A stretch of 62,807 nucleotides of DNA from Chloroflexota bacterium (lineage in GTDB: Bacteria; Chloroflexota; Dehalococcoidia; DSTF01; JACRBR01): positions 1 to 62,807 of the forward strand of contig JBBING010000006.1 of assembly GCA_037444005.1 (NCBI GenBank). Reading direction: 5' to 3'. Position 1 is the first letter of the stretch. Each line of letters begins with the position of its first letter. The notes below the pieces were generated by a model. That model had not been told where the DNA came from. It worked only from the letters and a program-made list of their open reading frames with translations, and did no database searches. Position numbers and translations under genes: made by a program. This document shows, one piece after another, positions 47,684 to 55,745 of the stretch.

Positions 47684-47965
47684 ATGGACGAGATGGACAC
47701 CGAGACAGTCAAACGAGTGACGGGCGCGCTGTGGTCCGAGCCGGGGCTTCCCCGGGAGCTGGCCTGGGTCCGGCGGCTGAGCGATGTGAGCCAGCGACGG
47801 TTTTATGTCGAGCTCTTCGACGCCTGCCGTCAGGCCAGAGCCACCGGCGACTGGAACCCCGTGGTCGACCTCTTGCGCACATGGGAACGCCGCGCCCGCG
47901 AGGAGGCCAGGGCACGCCTGCCCTACCGCCTCCGGTTCGGCGCGGGCGAAGAGCAGCCCATCTAG
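47684..47965 (+). CDS. small hypothetical protein (93 aa)
   Basis: ATG 47684 preceded by GGAGGGGCGGAAGGG. Balanced helical-looking composition ('RRFYVELFDACRQARATGDWNPVVDLLRTWERRAREEA'). I recognise no family. Confidence 0.5.
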   Translation: MDEMDTETVKRVTGALWSEPGLPRELAWVRRLSDVSQRRFYVELFDACRQARATGDWNPVVDLLRTWERRAREEARARLPYRLRFGAGEEQPI

Positions 47966-48077
47966 TCGTCGCCTGCGTTCGACCCACTGACGAGGCGAGC
48001 GCGACCCCGCGGCGCGGTTGCCGAGCTTTCGCGCATTTCGTTATCCTTTTCTTCCGAAATCCCTGTCCGGAGGCGCG

Positions 48078-49988
48078 ATGAGCTCGCTGCGCAACCTCGA
48101 CGCCCTCTTGTCCCGTGTCCAGAAGCCCGCCCGGTACACCGGCGGCGAATGGAACAGCGTCGTCCGCGACTGGGACGCCGCCGAGGTCCGCTTCGCCCTC
48201 GCGTACCCGGACCTCTACGACATCGGGATGTCGAACCTCGGGCTGGGCATCCTCTACGACATCCTCAACCGGAGCGAACGCTTCCTCGCCGAGCGCGTCT
48301 TCGCGCCGTGGGTCGACTTCGAGCAGGTGTTGCGGACCGAAGGCGTCCCGCTCTTCAGCCTCGAATCGCGGCGTCCGCTCGCCGAGTTCGACGTCATCGG
48401 CTTCAGCCTGAGCTACGAGGGGACCTACACGAACATCCTGAACATGCTCGACCTCGCCGGCCTGCCCGTGCGGAGCGCCGAGCGCGACGAGCGCCACCCG
48501 CTGGTGATCGCGGGCGGCTCCGGCGCCCTCAACCCGGACGCGCTGGCCGACTTCATCGACGCCTTCGCCCTCGGGGACGGCGAGGAGCTCGTCCTGCAGA
48601 TCGCGGAGACCATCGCCGACTGGAAGCGGCAGGGCGGCGGGCCGAAGCGGGAGCTCCTGCGGCGGCTCGCGAGCCTCCGGGGGATCTATGTGCCGTCGTT
48701 TTACGACGTCACCTACCACCCTGACGGCACGGTCGCGCGGATCGCTCCGAACGAGCCCGGCATCCCGCCGAAGGTGAAGAAGGCGTTCGTCCAGCGGCTG
48801 CCCGAGCCGCTGACCTGGCCCATCGTGCCGTTCCTGCAGACGGTCCACGACCGCGCGGCCATCGAGATCCAGCGGGGGTGCACGCAGGGCTGCCGCTTCT
48901 GCCAGGCCGGCATCATCTACCGGCCGCGGCTCGAGCGCTCGCCCGAGGAGGTCGTCTCGGCGGCCCGCGAGCTGTTCCGCAACACGGGGTACGACGAGCT
49001 GTCGCTCGTCTCCCTGAGCACCACCGACCATTCGCAGATCGTCGAGATCGTGGACGGACTGCGGGAGGCGTTCGGCGACAGCATCACCATCTCGCTGCCG
49101 TCGATGCGGGTCGACAGCTTCTCCGTGCGCATCGCCGAGGCGGTCGCCAGCCGCGGCCGGCACAGCATCACCTTCGCGCCGGAGGCGGGCACAGAGCGGC
49201 TGCGTTACCGCATCAACAAGCTCGTAAAGGACGAGGACCTGTACCACGCCGTCGAGCGCGCCTTCGCCCAGGGCTGGACCAGCGTGAAGATGTACTTCAT
49301 GGTCGGGCTGCCCACCGAGACCATGGAGGACATCGACGGTATCGCCGAACTCGCGAAGAACGTCCGCGACATCGGCCGGCGATACCACGGGGGTCGCGCG
49401 CGTGTGCGCGTGTCGACGTCGAACTTCATCCCGAAGGCGCACACGCCGTTCCAGTGGGGCGTCCAGATGCGGCCCGAGGAGCTGCGCGAGCGGCATCGTC
49501 GCCTCGCGTCGGTGCTCAAGAAGATCGGCGTCGCCTTCTCCTACGAGGAGCCCGAGCACAGCCTGCTCGAGGCCGTGCTCTCGCGAGCGGACCGCCGCTT
49601 CGGACGCGTCATCGAACGGGCGTGGCGCGCCGGGGCCAAGTTCGACGCCTGGTCCGAGTTCTACGACTGGTCTCGCTGGGAACGGGCAATGGCCGACGAG
49701 GGGTTGGACCCGTCGTTTTACGCCCACCGCGAGCGCGGCCTCTGGGAGACGTTCCCCTGGTCCCACATCGACATCGGCGTGACGGAGGCGTACCTGCGTG
49801 GCGAGTGGCTGAAGACCCTGCGGGGCGAGACGACGCCCGACTGCCACAAGGCGCCCTGCAACGTCTGCGGAGTGCAGAACTGGGACGCCGAGGATTGCCT
49901 CCCGCGCTTCGAGGAGCGTGCGCGGGTCAACCGCGAGCGCCGGGCCGCCTCGGGCGGCCGCGGCGAGCCGGTGCAGATCATTCTGTAG
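48078..49988 (+). CDS. B12-binding-domain radical SAM protein (TIGR03960 type)
   Basis: ATG 48078 (GGAGG 48069-48073) within ORF 48018..49988. 'LLSRVQKPARYTGGEWNS', 'FALAYPDLYDIGMSNLGL' and the 'IEIQRGCTQGCRFCQAG' CX3CX2C cluster motif. Confidence 0.85.
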   Translation: MSSLRNLDALLSRVQKPARYTGGEWNSVVRDWDAAEVRFALAYPDLYDIGMSNLGLGILYDILNRSERFLAERVFAPWVDFEQVLRTEGVPLFSLESRRPLAEFDVIGFSLSYEGTYTNILNMLDLAGLPVRSAERDERHPLVIAGGSGALNPDALADFIDAFALGDGEELVLQIAETIADWKRQGGGPKRELLRRLASLRGIYVPSFYDVTYHPDGTVARIAPNEPGIPPKVKKAFVQRLPEPLTWPIVPFLQTVHDRAAIEIQRGCTQGCRFCQAGIIYRPRLERSPEEVVSAARELFRNTGYDELSLVSLSTTDHSQIVEIVDGLREAFGDSITISLPSMRVDSFSVRIAEAVASRGRHSITFAPEAGTERLRYRINKLVKDEDLYHAVERAFAQGWTSVKMYFMVGLPTETMEDIDGIAELAKNVRDIGRRYHGGRARVRVSTSNFIPKAHTPFQWGVQMRPEELRERHRRLASVLKKIGVAFSYEEPEHSLLEAVLSRADRRFGRVIERAWRAGAKFDAWSEFYDWSRWERAMADEGLDPSFYAHRERGLWETFPWSHIDIGVTEAYLRGEWLKTLRGETTPDCHKAPCNVCGVQNWDAEDCLPRFEERARVNRERRAASGGRGEPVQIIL

Positions 49989-50169
49989 TCCCGCAGCCTC
50001 CGTCCAACGCCTTCTCCTGACGAACACAACCTACCGATAGACGTGGCGAGCCGCAGGAGCCGTTGCATTTCCGAGCAGAGGAGGTCAGAGAGGGCGAACG
50101 AAGTACTCGCGGACTATTCCGCTTGACGTTGCATCCTCCCGGGGCCGGGAAGCATCCACCAGGAAGGGG

Positions 50170-50841
50170 GTGATTCCCCATGTGGAAACGTGTGCTTTCG
50201 GGTCGCTGTCAGCGGCCGCCCTATCCCTTGCCGGCTGGATGGTCGTCAGCCGGCTGGTGGAAAGCGGCGAGTCGCCCCTCGCAAAGTATGAGCGGATCGC
50301 CGAGGAAGACGTCGCCAAGCCGAGGTTCACCGGCCAGATCGGCGATTTCCTCGTCCTGCCGCTCACGAACGGCGAGCTGCCGAAGGAAGCGAGGATATTG
50401 AGTTGCGGGGACATGGGCAGCACGCCGGTCCCAGCGGACGCGAACCTACGGAACCATGAACTATGGTCTCCGGCCTTCGACCGAATAGGCATCGGATGGT
50501 CTTGTCCTGGGCAAGGTGTGGTAGCGGTCAACAACGAGACTGAGGAAGCGTACAAAGCACAGGAGGTTACAGGCGACGGCTCCCAGCTCATCCGCGGCTA
50601 TATTCGCGCTGTCCCGGTTCCCGTGGCCCGGGACGCGCCACGAGACAGATTGGAGCTGGTAACAGTGGAAGGCCACCCCGGGCTTCTTGAGCATCCGGTA
50701 CCAGGTCTTCCCTTTGGCCTGGCAAGCCTAGTTGTCATCGAAAAGTACCCAGAAGGAGACAGGCCCGGGATCCTCGTGGCTGTCTACTCGGCCCCATCAG
50801 CAGAAGCGGCGATCGAACACGCTGAGGAGATCATGCCATGA
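50170..50841 (+). CDS. hypothetical membrane-anchored/secreted protein in a compositionally atypical islet
   Basis: 223-aa ORF with protein-like composition (E/K/D/V/L/I balanced). N-terminal hydrophobic 'AFGSLSAAALSLAGWMVVSRLV'. AGGAAGGGGG abuts GTG 50170, and GTG 50182 is an alternative start. The opposite-strand ORF 50085..50591 is Ser/Pro/Arg-rich and looks like its mirror image. Confidence 0.45.
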   Translation: MIPHVETCAFGSLSAAALSLAGWMVVSRLVESGESPLAKYERIAEEDVAKPRFTGQIGDFLVLPLTNGELPKEARILSCGDMGSTPVPADANLRNHELWSPAFDRIGIGWSCPGQGVVAVNNETEEAYKAQEVTGDGSQLIRGYIRAVPVPVARDAPRDRLELVTVEGHPGLLEHPVPGLPFGLASLVVIEKYPEGDRPGILVAVYSAPSAEAAIEHAEEIMP

Positions 50842-51080
50842 GGAGGCTGCTCTCACTCGATCGTTGGAGGCTTCCCATTCGGCGGGCCCAGCGTCACTAC
50901 ACCGCGTAAGGGGCAGAACGCGAGCGTGCCTGAGGCGCAACGAGCTCCGGGCGCAGGCCTGGCATGGTTCGGTCGTCCCCTCACCCGTGTCCGTTCCGCG
51001 CCCCTGCTCGACCGCCGTGACCACCCGCCTCGGGGAACTCCCCGATACCCTCCAGCCGGTCGCCGCGCGACCATTCCCGT

Positions 51081-51623
51081 GTGAGGCTCGCACGAGTTCC
51101 CGCGTTCCGCCGTTGGTTTGTCATTCTCGCCGCCGCTGCGCTCGCGGGCGCCGCGCTGGTGGCCTCGCCGCGCGCCGCCTTCGGACAGGACACGCCCACG
51201 CCGACGCCTACGGACACGGCCACGCCTACCGACACGCCGACGCCGACAGCGACAGCCACGCCCACGGCGACCGCCACCGCGACCGGCACATCCACCCACA
51301 CCCCGACGGCGACGGCCACGAGCACGGCAACAGCGACGCCGACGCTCACGTCCACGCTCACGGCCACACGCACGCCCACGGCGACGAACACGCCCCCGCC
51401 GGCGGCGCCGCCGCAGTCGCCCGTCGAGCGACCGCCGTCGAGCGAGACGGCGAACGCCGGCGCGCTGCCCAACGCGGGCGGCGGCTGGGGTCCCCCCGCG
51501 CGCATCACCTACGGCCTGCTCGCTGGCCTCACGGGATGCCTCTTCCTCGCGGCCGGCGGCGGATACCTGCTCGGCAAAGGAAGTCGGCCGCCGCTGCGGC
51601 GTCCCCCTCCGTGGCCGAAGTGA
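51081..51623 (+). CDS. secreted Thr-rich repeat protein with C-terminal sortase-type sorting signal (LPNAG + TM + basic tail)
   Basis: 180 aa. Signal peptide 'RRWFVILAAAALAGAALVASPRAAFG'. (Thr-X) repeat over residues ~38-105. 'LPNAG' at 51465-51479, hydrophobic 'LLAGLTGCLFLAAGGGYLL', and tail 'GKGSRPPLRRPPPWPK'. GTG start with no obvious SD. Confidence 0.6.
   Translation: MRLARVPAFRRWFVILAAAALAGAALVASPRAAFGQDTPTPTPTDTATPTDTPTPTATATPTATATATGTSTHTPTATATSTATATPTLTSTLTATRTPTATNTPPPAAPPQSPVERPPSSETANAGALPNAGGGWGPPARITYGLLAGLTGCLFLAAGGGYLLGKGSRPPLRRPPPWPK
51192..51395 (+). repeat. coding low-complexity repeat: about 34 consecutive Thr-X dipeptides (ACN-NNN)n
   Basis: Translation 'TPTPTPTDTATPTDTPTPTATATPTATATATGTSTHTPTATATSTATATPTLTSTLTATRTPTATNTP' has Thr at every odd position. 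Confidence 0.85.
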
Positions 51624-51651
51624 CGAACATCGTCGCGCGGCGCGTGCTACG

Positions 51652-52248
51652 ATGCCTCTCGCCGACCTTGCGGAGCAAGCCGTGCCTGTCCTCCATGTCA
51701 TCCTCTTGGAGTTGAAGCCCGGTTGCGACCCCGCGCCCCTGCTCGAGGCGTCGCGAGCGCTGAAGGGCGCGCCGGGCGTGCTCGACGGCGGGGCCGTGCG
51801 CGCCGACGCCCCCGAATCGACGCACGACGCCGCGCTCTGGGTTCTGCTTTCCGACCGCGCGGCGCTAGACGCGTTCGGCGCCAGCGAAGCCCTCATGCGC
51901 TTCCTGCGTGACGCCCTGGCGCCCGCCCTGGCGCGCATGGATTCGGGGGACTTCGAGGTCGCGGGGCCCCCGCCCCCGGGCGAGGCCGCGCTGGTCTTCG
52001 CCGCTGAGGCGCGCCACGGCGTCTTCGCGTGGGAGTGGGAGCGCGCCGCCGGTACGCTCCCGCCGGGCGCGGCCGCCGGCCCTTCGGCGGGCGATCGGTC
52101 GCGGTTCGACTTCGGGGGCGCCGTCACCTTCCCGGCGCGACTTGACCTCGACGACTGGCTGGTCGGCTGGCCGGGCGAACTCGGACCGCTGGCGTCTTCG
52201 CTCGCCTGGGTCGCGGGACGCGCCGGGCGCTGGGAGACGACTCCATGA
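51652..52248 (+). CDS. hypothetical protein, N-terminal Dabb-like (stress-responsive alpha/beta barrel) domain
   Basis: ATG 51652 within ORF 51118..52248. 'VLHVILLELKPGCDPAPLLEASRALKGAPGVLDGG...WVLLSDRAALDAFGASEALMRFL' resembles Dabb domains. ATGA overlap with the downstream nuclease gene. Confidence 0.5.
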   Translation: MPLADLAEQAVPVLHVILLELKPGCDPAPLLEASRALKGAPGVLDGGAVRADAPESTHDAALWVLLSDRAALDAFGASEALMRFLRDALAPALARMDSGDFEVAGPPPPGEAALVFAAEARHGVFAWEWERAAGTLPPGAAAGPSAGDRSRFDFGGAVTFPARLDLDDWLVGWPGELGPLASSLAWVAGRAGRWETTP

Positions 52249-52898
52249 TCCGCTTTCGGCGCCCCCGCCGGTACAACGTCGCGGTGATCCTGGCGGCGCT
52301 CGCCACGGCCCTGATCATTGCCATCATCGCTGGCGTGCAGGGAGAGGGCGAACCGTCGTCGCCGACTCCCACACGGGCGCTTGCGTCGCCCACAGCGACG
52401 CCCCCGCCCCCTCCGCTAGACACGCCGACCGCGCCCAGTTCGGACCCGCCCATCGCCCCGACGGCGACGCCCTCGCCCACGGACCGCGCATTCCGTCCCG
52501 CCTTCGTCCACCCGGACCCGTCGTCCCTCACCCGGGCGAACGTAGTCGACGTGGTGGACGGCGACACTATCGACGCGATCGTGGGCGGCGTCGAGGAACG
52601 GGTGCGGCTGTACGGCGTGGACACGCCCGAGCGAGGAGACCGCTGCTTCTTCGAGGCCGCGGCCCGCACCGAGACGCTCACCCGCGACGGCGTCCTGCTG
52701 GAGCCGGGCCCGCGGGCGCGCGACCGGTACGGCCGATTGCTGGCGTACGTATACACCGCCGACGGCGTCTCGGTCGACGCGCAGCTCATCGCCGAAGGTC
52801 TGGGCATGGCGTGGCGCGAGGACGGACAACACCGCGACGCCTTCGTGGCGCTCGAAGACTCCGCCCGGGCCGCGGGGGCCGGATGCCTGTGGAAGTGA
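52245..52898 (+). CDS. membrane-anchored thermonuclease (staphylococcal nuclease/SNase family)
   Basis: 217 aa. TM 'VAVILAALATALIIAIIAGV', a Pro/Thr linker, and SNase motifs 'VVDGDTIDAI', 'RVRLYGVDTPE' and 'RDRYGRLLAYVY'. Confidence 0.85.
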   Translation: MIRFRRPRRYNVAVILAALATALIIAIIAGVQGEGEPSSPTPTRALASPTATPPPPPLDTPTAPSSDPPIAPTATPSPTDRAFRPAFVHPDPSSLTRANVVDVVDGDTIDAIVGGVEERVRLYGVDTPERGDRCFFEAAARTETLTRDGVLLEPGPRARDRYGRLLAYVYTADGVSVDAQLIAEGLGMAWREDGQHRDAFVALEDSARAAGAGCLWK

Positions 52899-52910
52899 GG
52901 CCTGGCCTCA
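52896..52910. terminator. short inverted repeat TGAGGCC-T-GGCCTCA at the nuclease stop, between convergent genes
   Basis: Read directly. 7-bp arms with a 1-nt centre and no U-tract, so it is a weak terminator candidate at best. Confidence 0.15.
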
Positions 52911-52937
52911 CGCGCCTCCCCTCTGACCTCGGCGGCG

Positions 52938-55319
52938 TCAGCGGACCCATACGCGCGCGCCGTCCGTCTCGATGGTGACGCGCCCGTCCTCGTCGGTGCG
53001 GTAGACCCGCGCCCCCGACGCCTCCAGGCGCTCCACCACCTCCGGCGCGGGATGCCCGAAGCGATTCCCTTCGCCGACCGAGATGATCGCGACGGATGGC
53101 CGGACGGCGTCAAGAAACGGCTGCGTCGTCGACGTGCGGCTCCCGTGATGCGCCACCTTGAGGACGTCGGCGCGCAGATCGAGGCCGGATGCGAGCAGCG
53201 CCGCCTCCGTCTCCGCCTGGATGTCGCCGGTGAGGAGCATCGTGACGTCGCCGTACCGAACGCGGACGACCAGCGACGTGGCGTTCAGGTCGTCGCCCTC
53301 GATGTCGGGCGGTGGCCACAGGACGTCCAGCCGTACTCCGTCGAGGGAGATGCTGGACGGCGCCGTCAACCGGCGAACGTCTGCGCCCTTGGCTCGCACG
53401 GCTCGCCGCCACGCCCGAGCCGCGCCGGTATCGGCGCTTCCTGGCCCGAAGACGATCGTCCTCACCTCGTAGCGGTCGAGCGTCTCGATGAGCCCTGCGA
53501 CGTGGTCCTCCTGCGGGTGCGTGAGCGCAACGAGGTCGATGCCCCGGTCGCCCGGTCCCAGGATGCGCCCCAGCTCCGCGAGGACGGCGCTGTCGGGTCC
53601 GCCGTCGATGAGCGCCTGCGCGCCGGACGGCGTCTCGATGAGGAGGGCGTCGCCCTGTCCCACGTCCAGCGCTGTCAGGACCAATGTCGGCGGCGGGTCG
53701 GCCCGGACGGCCGGCCATCCCACGGCCAGCGCCCCGAAGGCGAGCGTCGCGGTCGCCCACGGGGCGGGCGATGGCGCGAACGTCCGTCTCGCGAGCCGCC
53801 AGACCAGGGGGGCCAGGCCGGGGCCGTCGCCGCCCGCGCCCGAGGGCGTCCTGGCCCCGATCCACCGGGCAGCCGCCGCGACCAACGCGAGAGCGACGCC
53901 AGCGTGCCACGCGCCGAAGCCCGACACGCCTGCGGTCGCTCCGGGGGTCCGCGCCAGCGTCTCCACCGCGAGGGTCATCGCCCGCAAGGGGGTCCACGTG
54001 GGCCAGGCGAGCGCGGGCGCAGCGCCCGGAATCAAGCCGCCGACCGCGGCTACGAACGAGGCGCCCAGCGCGATGGGGAAGAGGGGCAACACGAGGATGT
54101 TGGCGGGGATCGAAATCAGCGAGAACCGATCGAAGTGAAGCGCGATCAACGGCGCCGTCGCGACCGTGGCCGCGGTGGTGACCGCAGCGGGCTCGATCAC
54201 GAAGAGCCGCGTCGCATCCGAGCCGCGCAGGGGCCCGCCCAGCCGCGCGCACGCCAGCCGCTCGAGCGCCGGCGCGAGCCATATCACCGCCGCCGTCGCC
54301 GCGAAGCTGAGCTGGTACGAGGGGTCGTGGACAACCGAGGGCTCGGCGCCGGCCATGCCTGCGGCGGCCGCAGCGATGGCGGGGCCGGCGCTCCCCGGAC
54401 GCCCCAGCAGTCCCGCCGCCACGTACAGTCCGCCCATGATCGCCGCCCGCACGACCGACGGCGACGCTCCGGTGAGCATCGCGTAGGCCGCGATCACGCC
54501 GAGCGTGGCCATGCCGGCGGGACGCCGCCCGATGAGCCACGCCATCGCGCCGATGGCGAGCCCAGCGACCAGGGTGACGTTGTATCCGCTGATGGCGATG
54601 AGGTGCGACGTCCCGGTGTCGTTGAAGGCCTGCGCCAGGCCATCAGTCAGGCCGGAGCGGCGCCCGAGCAGGAGACCTTCGGCGAGCGCAGCCTCGGGCT
54701 CCGGCAGCGTGCGCTCGATACCCCGCCCGAGCGCGCCGCGAACCTGGACGAATGTCCGTACGACGCGATTGCCGCCCCCGGAGCCCACCCGCCGCACGCG
54801 GGGGAAGTCCATCACCGACACGACTCCCTGCCGCTGGAGGTACGAGCGGTAGTCGAACGCCTCCAGAACCGGTGGCGTCTCGAGCTCGCCCGTCGCCTCC
54901 ACGACGTCGCCGTATGCGAACCGGGGGTACAGCGGCGCGCGCACCAGCGCGCGGCCGGACGACGCCCGCCAGCTCCCGGCGCCCCGCACGTCCGTCACCT
55001 CGACCCGGAACCGCTGCGCCCCGTTCCGCACCGCCGGCTCGTCGATGACCACGCCGCGGATGGTCACGGCCCGCCCGTCGTTCAGCCGCGCGATGTCGGC
55101 GTCGCCGGGCCGCGTCGCCGCCTCGTACCGCCAGACGCCGCCCCAGAAGAGGACCGCGCACGCCGCGCCCACGACCGCGGGCCGAGGCGAGCGCGCCATC
55201 GCGGCCGCAGCCATCGCACCCGCTGCGAGGCTCGATGCGGGCAGCGTCGCTTCGTTCCCGCCGGCCGCGGCGTACGCGACTCCCGCAAGCCACGCGCAGG
55301 CCACGATGACCAGCGTCAT
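52938..55319 (-). CDS. comEC: DNA internalization-related competence protein ComEC/Rec2
   Basis: 793 aa. N-terminal OB/DUF4131-like region and a polytopic 'Competence' domain ('GTSHLIAISGYNV'). C-terminal metallo-beta-lactamase domain ('LDVGQGDALLIE', 'LTHPQEDHVAGL', 'KVAHHGS'). Confidence 0.9.
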   Translation of the reverse strand: MTLVIVACAWLAGVAYAAAGGNEATLPASSLAAGAMAAAAMARSPRPAVVGAACAVLFWGGVWRYEAATRPGDADIARLNDGRAVTIRGVVIDEPAVRNGAQRFRVEVTDVRGAGSWRASSGRALVRAPLYPRFAYGDVVEATGELETPPVLEAFDYRSYLQRQGVVSVMDFPRVRRVGSGGGNRVVRTFVQVRGALGRGIERTLPEPEAALAEGLLLGRRSGLTDGLAQAFNDTGTSHLIAISGYNVTLVAGLAIGAMAWLIGRRPAGMATLGVIAAYAMLTGASPSVVRAAIMGGLYVAAGLLGRPGSAGPAIAAAAAGMAGAEPSVVHDPSYQLSFAATAAVIWLAPALERLACARLGGPLRGSDATRLFVIEPAAVTTAATVATAPLIALHFDRFSLISIPANILVLPLFPIALGASFVAAVGGLIPGAAPALAWPTWTPLRAMTLAVETLARTPGATAGVSGFGAWHAGVALALVAAAARWIGARTPSGAGGDGPGLAPLVWRLARRTFAPSPAPWATATLAFGALAVGWPAVRADPPPTLVLTALDVGQGDALLIETPSGAQALIDGGPDSAVLAELGRILGPGDRGIDLVALTHPQEDHVAGLIETLDRYEVRTIVFGPGSADTGAARAWRRAVRAKGADVRRLTAPSSISLDGVRLDVLWPPPDIEGDDLNATSLVVRVRYGDVTMLLTGDIQAETEAALLASGLDLRADVLKVAHHGSRTSTTQPFLDAVRPSVAIISVGEGNRFGHPAPEVVERLEASGARVYRTDEDGRVTIETDGARVWVR

Positions 55320-55322
55320 GGC

Positions 55323-55745
55323 CTAGCGCCCCACGGAGCCAACGGTGACGTAGGGCCGGATGCGCTCCAGCGTCGACGCCGGCACGAGCTTGCGCGCCAC
55401 GAGATCGTCGGGGCTGCCGAAGGGACCGTCGGACGCCCGGCTCTCGACGATGCGGGCGGCGTAGACCTCCCCGATGCCAGGCAGCGCCTCGAGTTGGTCC
55501 GCCGTCGCCAGATTCAGGTCCAGGGGCGCCGTCGCGCCAGCCGCCTCGTCCACGGCCGGAGCCGGCTGGCCGAGCCGCGGCACGGTGACCTGATCTTCGT
55601 CGCGAAGCCGCCGCGCCAGGTTGATCCGTTCGGGGTCGGCGTCCCCGGCGAAGCCGCCGGCGGCCGCGACGGCCTGCTCGACGCGGTCCCCGTCGCGAAG
55701 GGTGTACACGCCCGGCGAGGCGACCGCCCCCGTCACGTACACCAC
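55323..55745 (-). CDS. comEA: ComEA-type DNA receptor (SLBB + helix-hairpin-helix); N-terminus apparently disrupted
   Basis: 'VVYVTGAVASPGVYTLRDGDRVEQAVAAAGG' (SLBB) and 'LNLATADQLEALPGIGEVYAARIVESR' (HhH). The frame stays open upstream to 55919 with no ATG/GTG/TTG (see finding). Confidence 0.8.
   Translation of the reverse strand: MVYVTGAVASPGVYTLRDGDRVEQAVAAAGGFAGDADPERINLARRLRDEDQVTVPRLGQPAPAVDEAAGATAPLDLNLATADQLEALPGIGEVYAARIVESRASDGPFGSPDDLVARKLVPASTLERIRPYVTVGSVGR

Noticed and set aside
47709-50027. Very long ORFs antisense to or overlapping annotated genes. Examples are 47709..50027 (772 aa), 53052..55868 (938 aa), 2462..4042, 29405..30952, 60648..62180, 50853..52127 and 21810..23087.
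   Set aside because: All are Arg/Gly/Pro/Ala/Ser-rich with no recognisable motifs. Each mirrors a well-supported gene on the other strand or in another frame. Stop-poor alternative frames are expected in DNA this GC-rich.
49978-50181. A 67-aa Cys-rich minus-strand ORF (6 Cys) abutting the radical-SAM gene, considered as a possible RiPP precursor.
   Set aside because: It is convergent with and overlaps the rSAM stop. It has Ser/Pro/Arg/Gly-rich out-of-frame-like composition and no SD. TIGR03960-type enzymes are not known peptide maturases. The plus-strand reading of this region is more plausible.
51180-51400. Periodic ACG/CCG/GCG-rich DNA that could be mistaken for a tandem repeat locus or a CRISPR-like array.
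   Set aside because: The period is 6 nt with no repeat-spacer structure. It lies entirely inside an ORF and translates to a (Thr-X)n linker.
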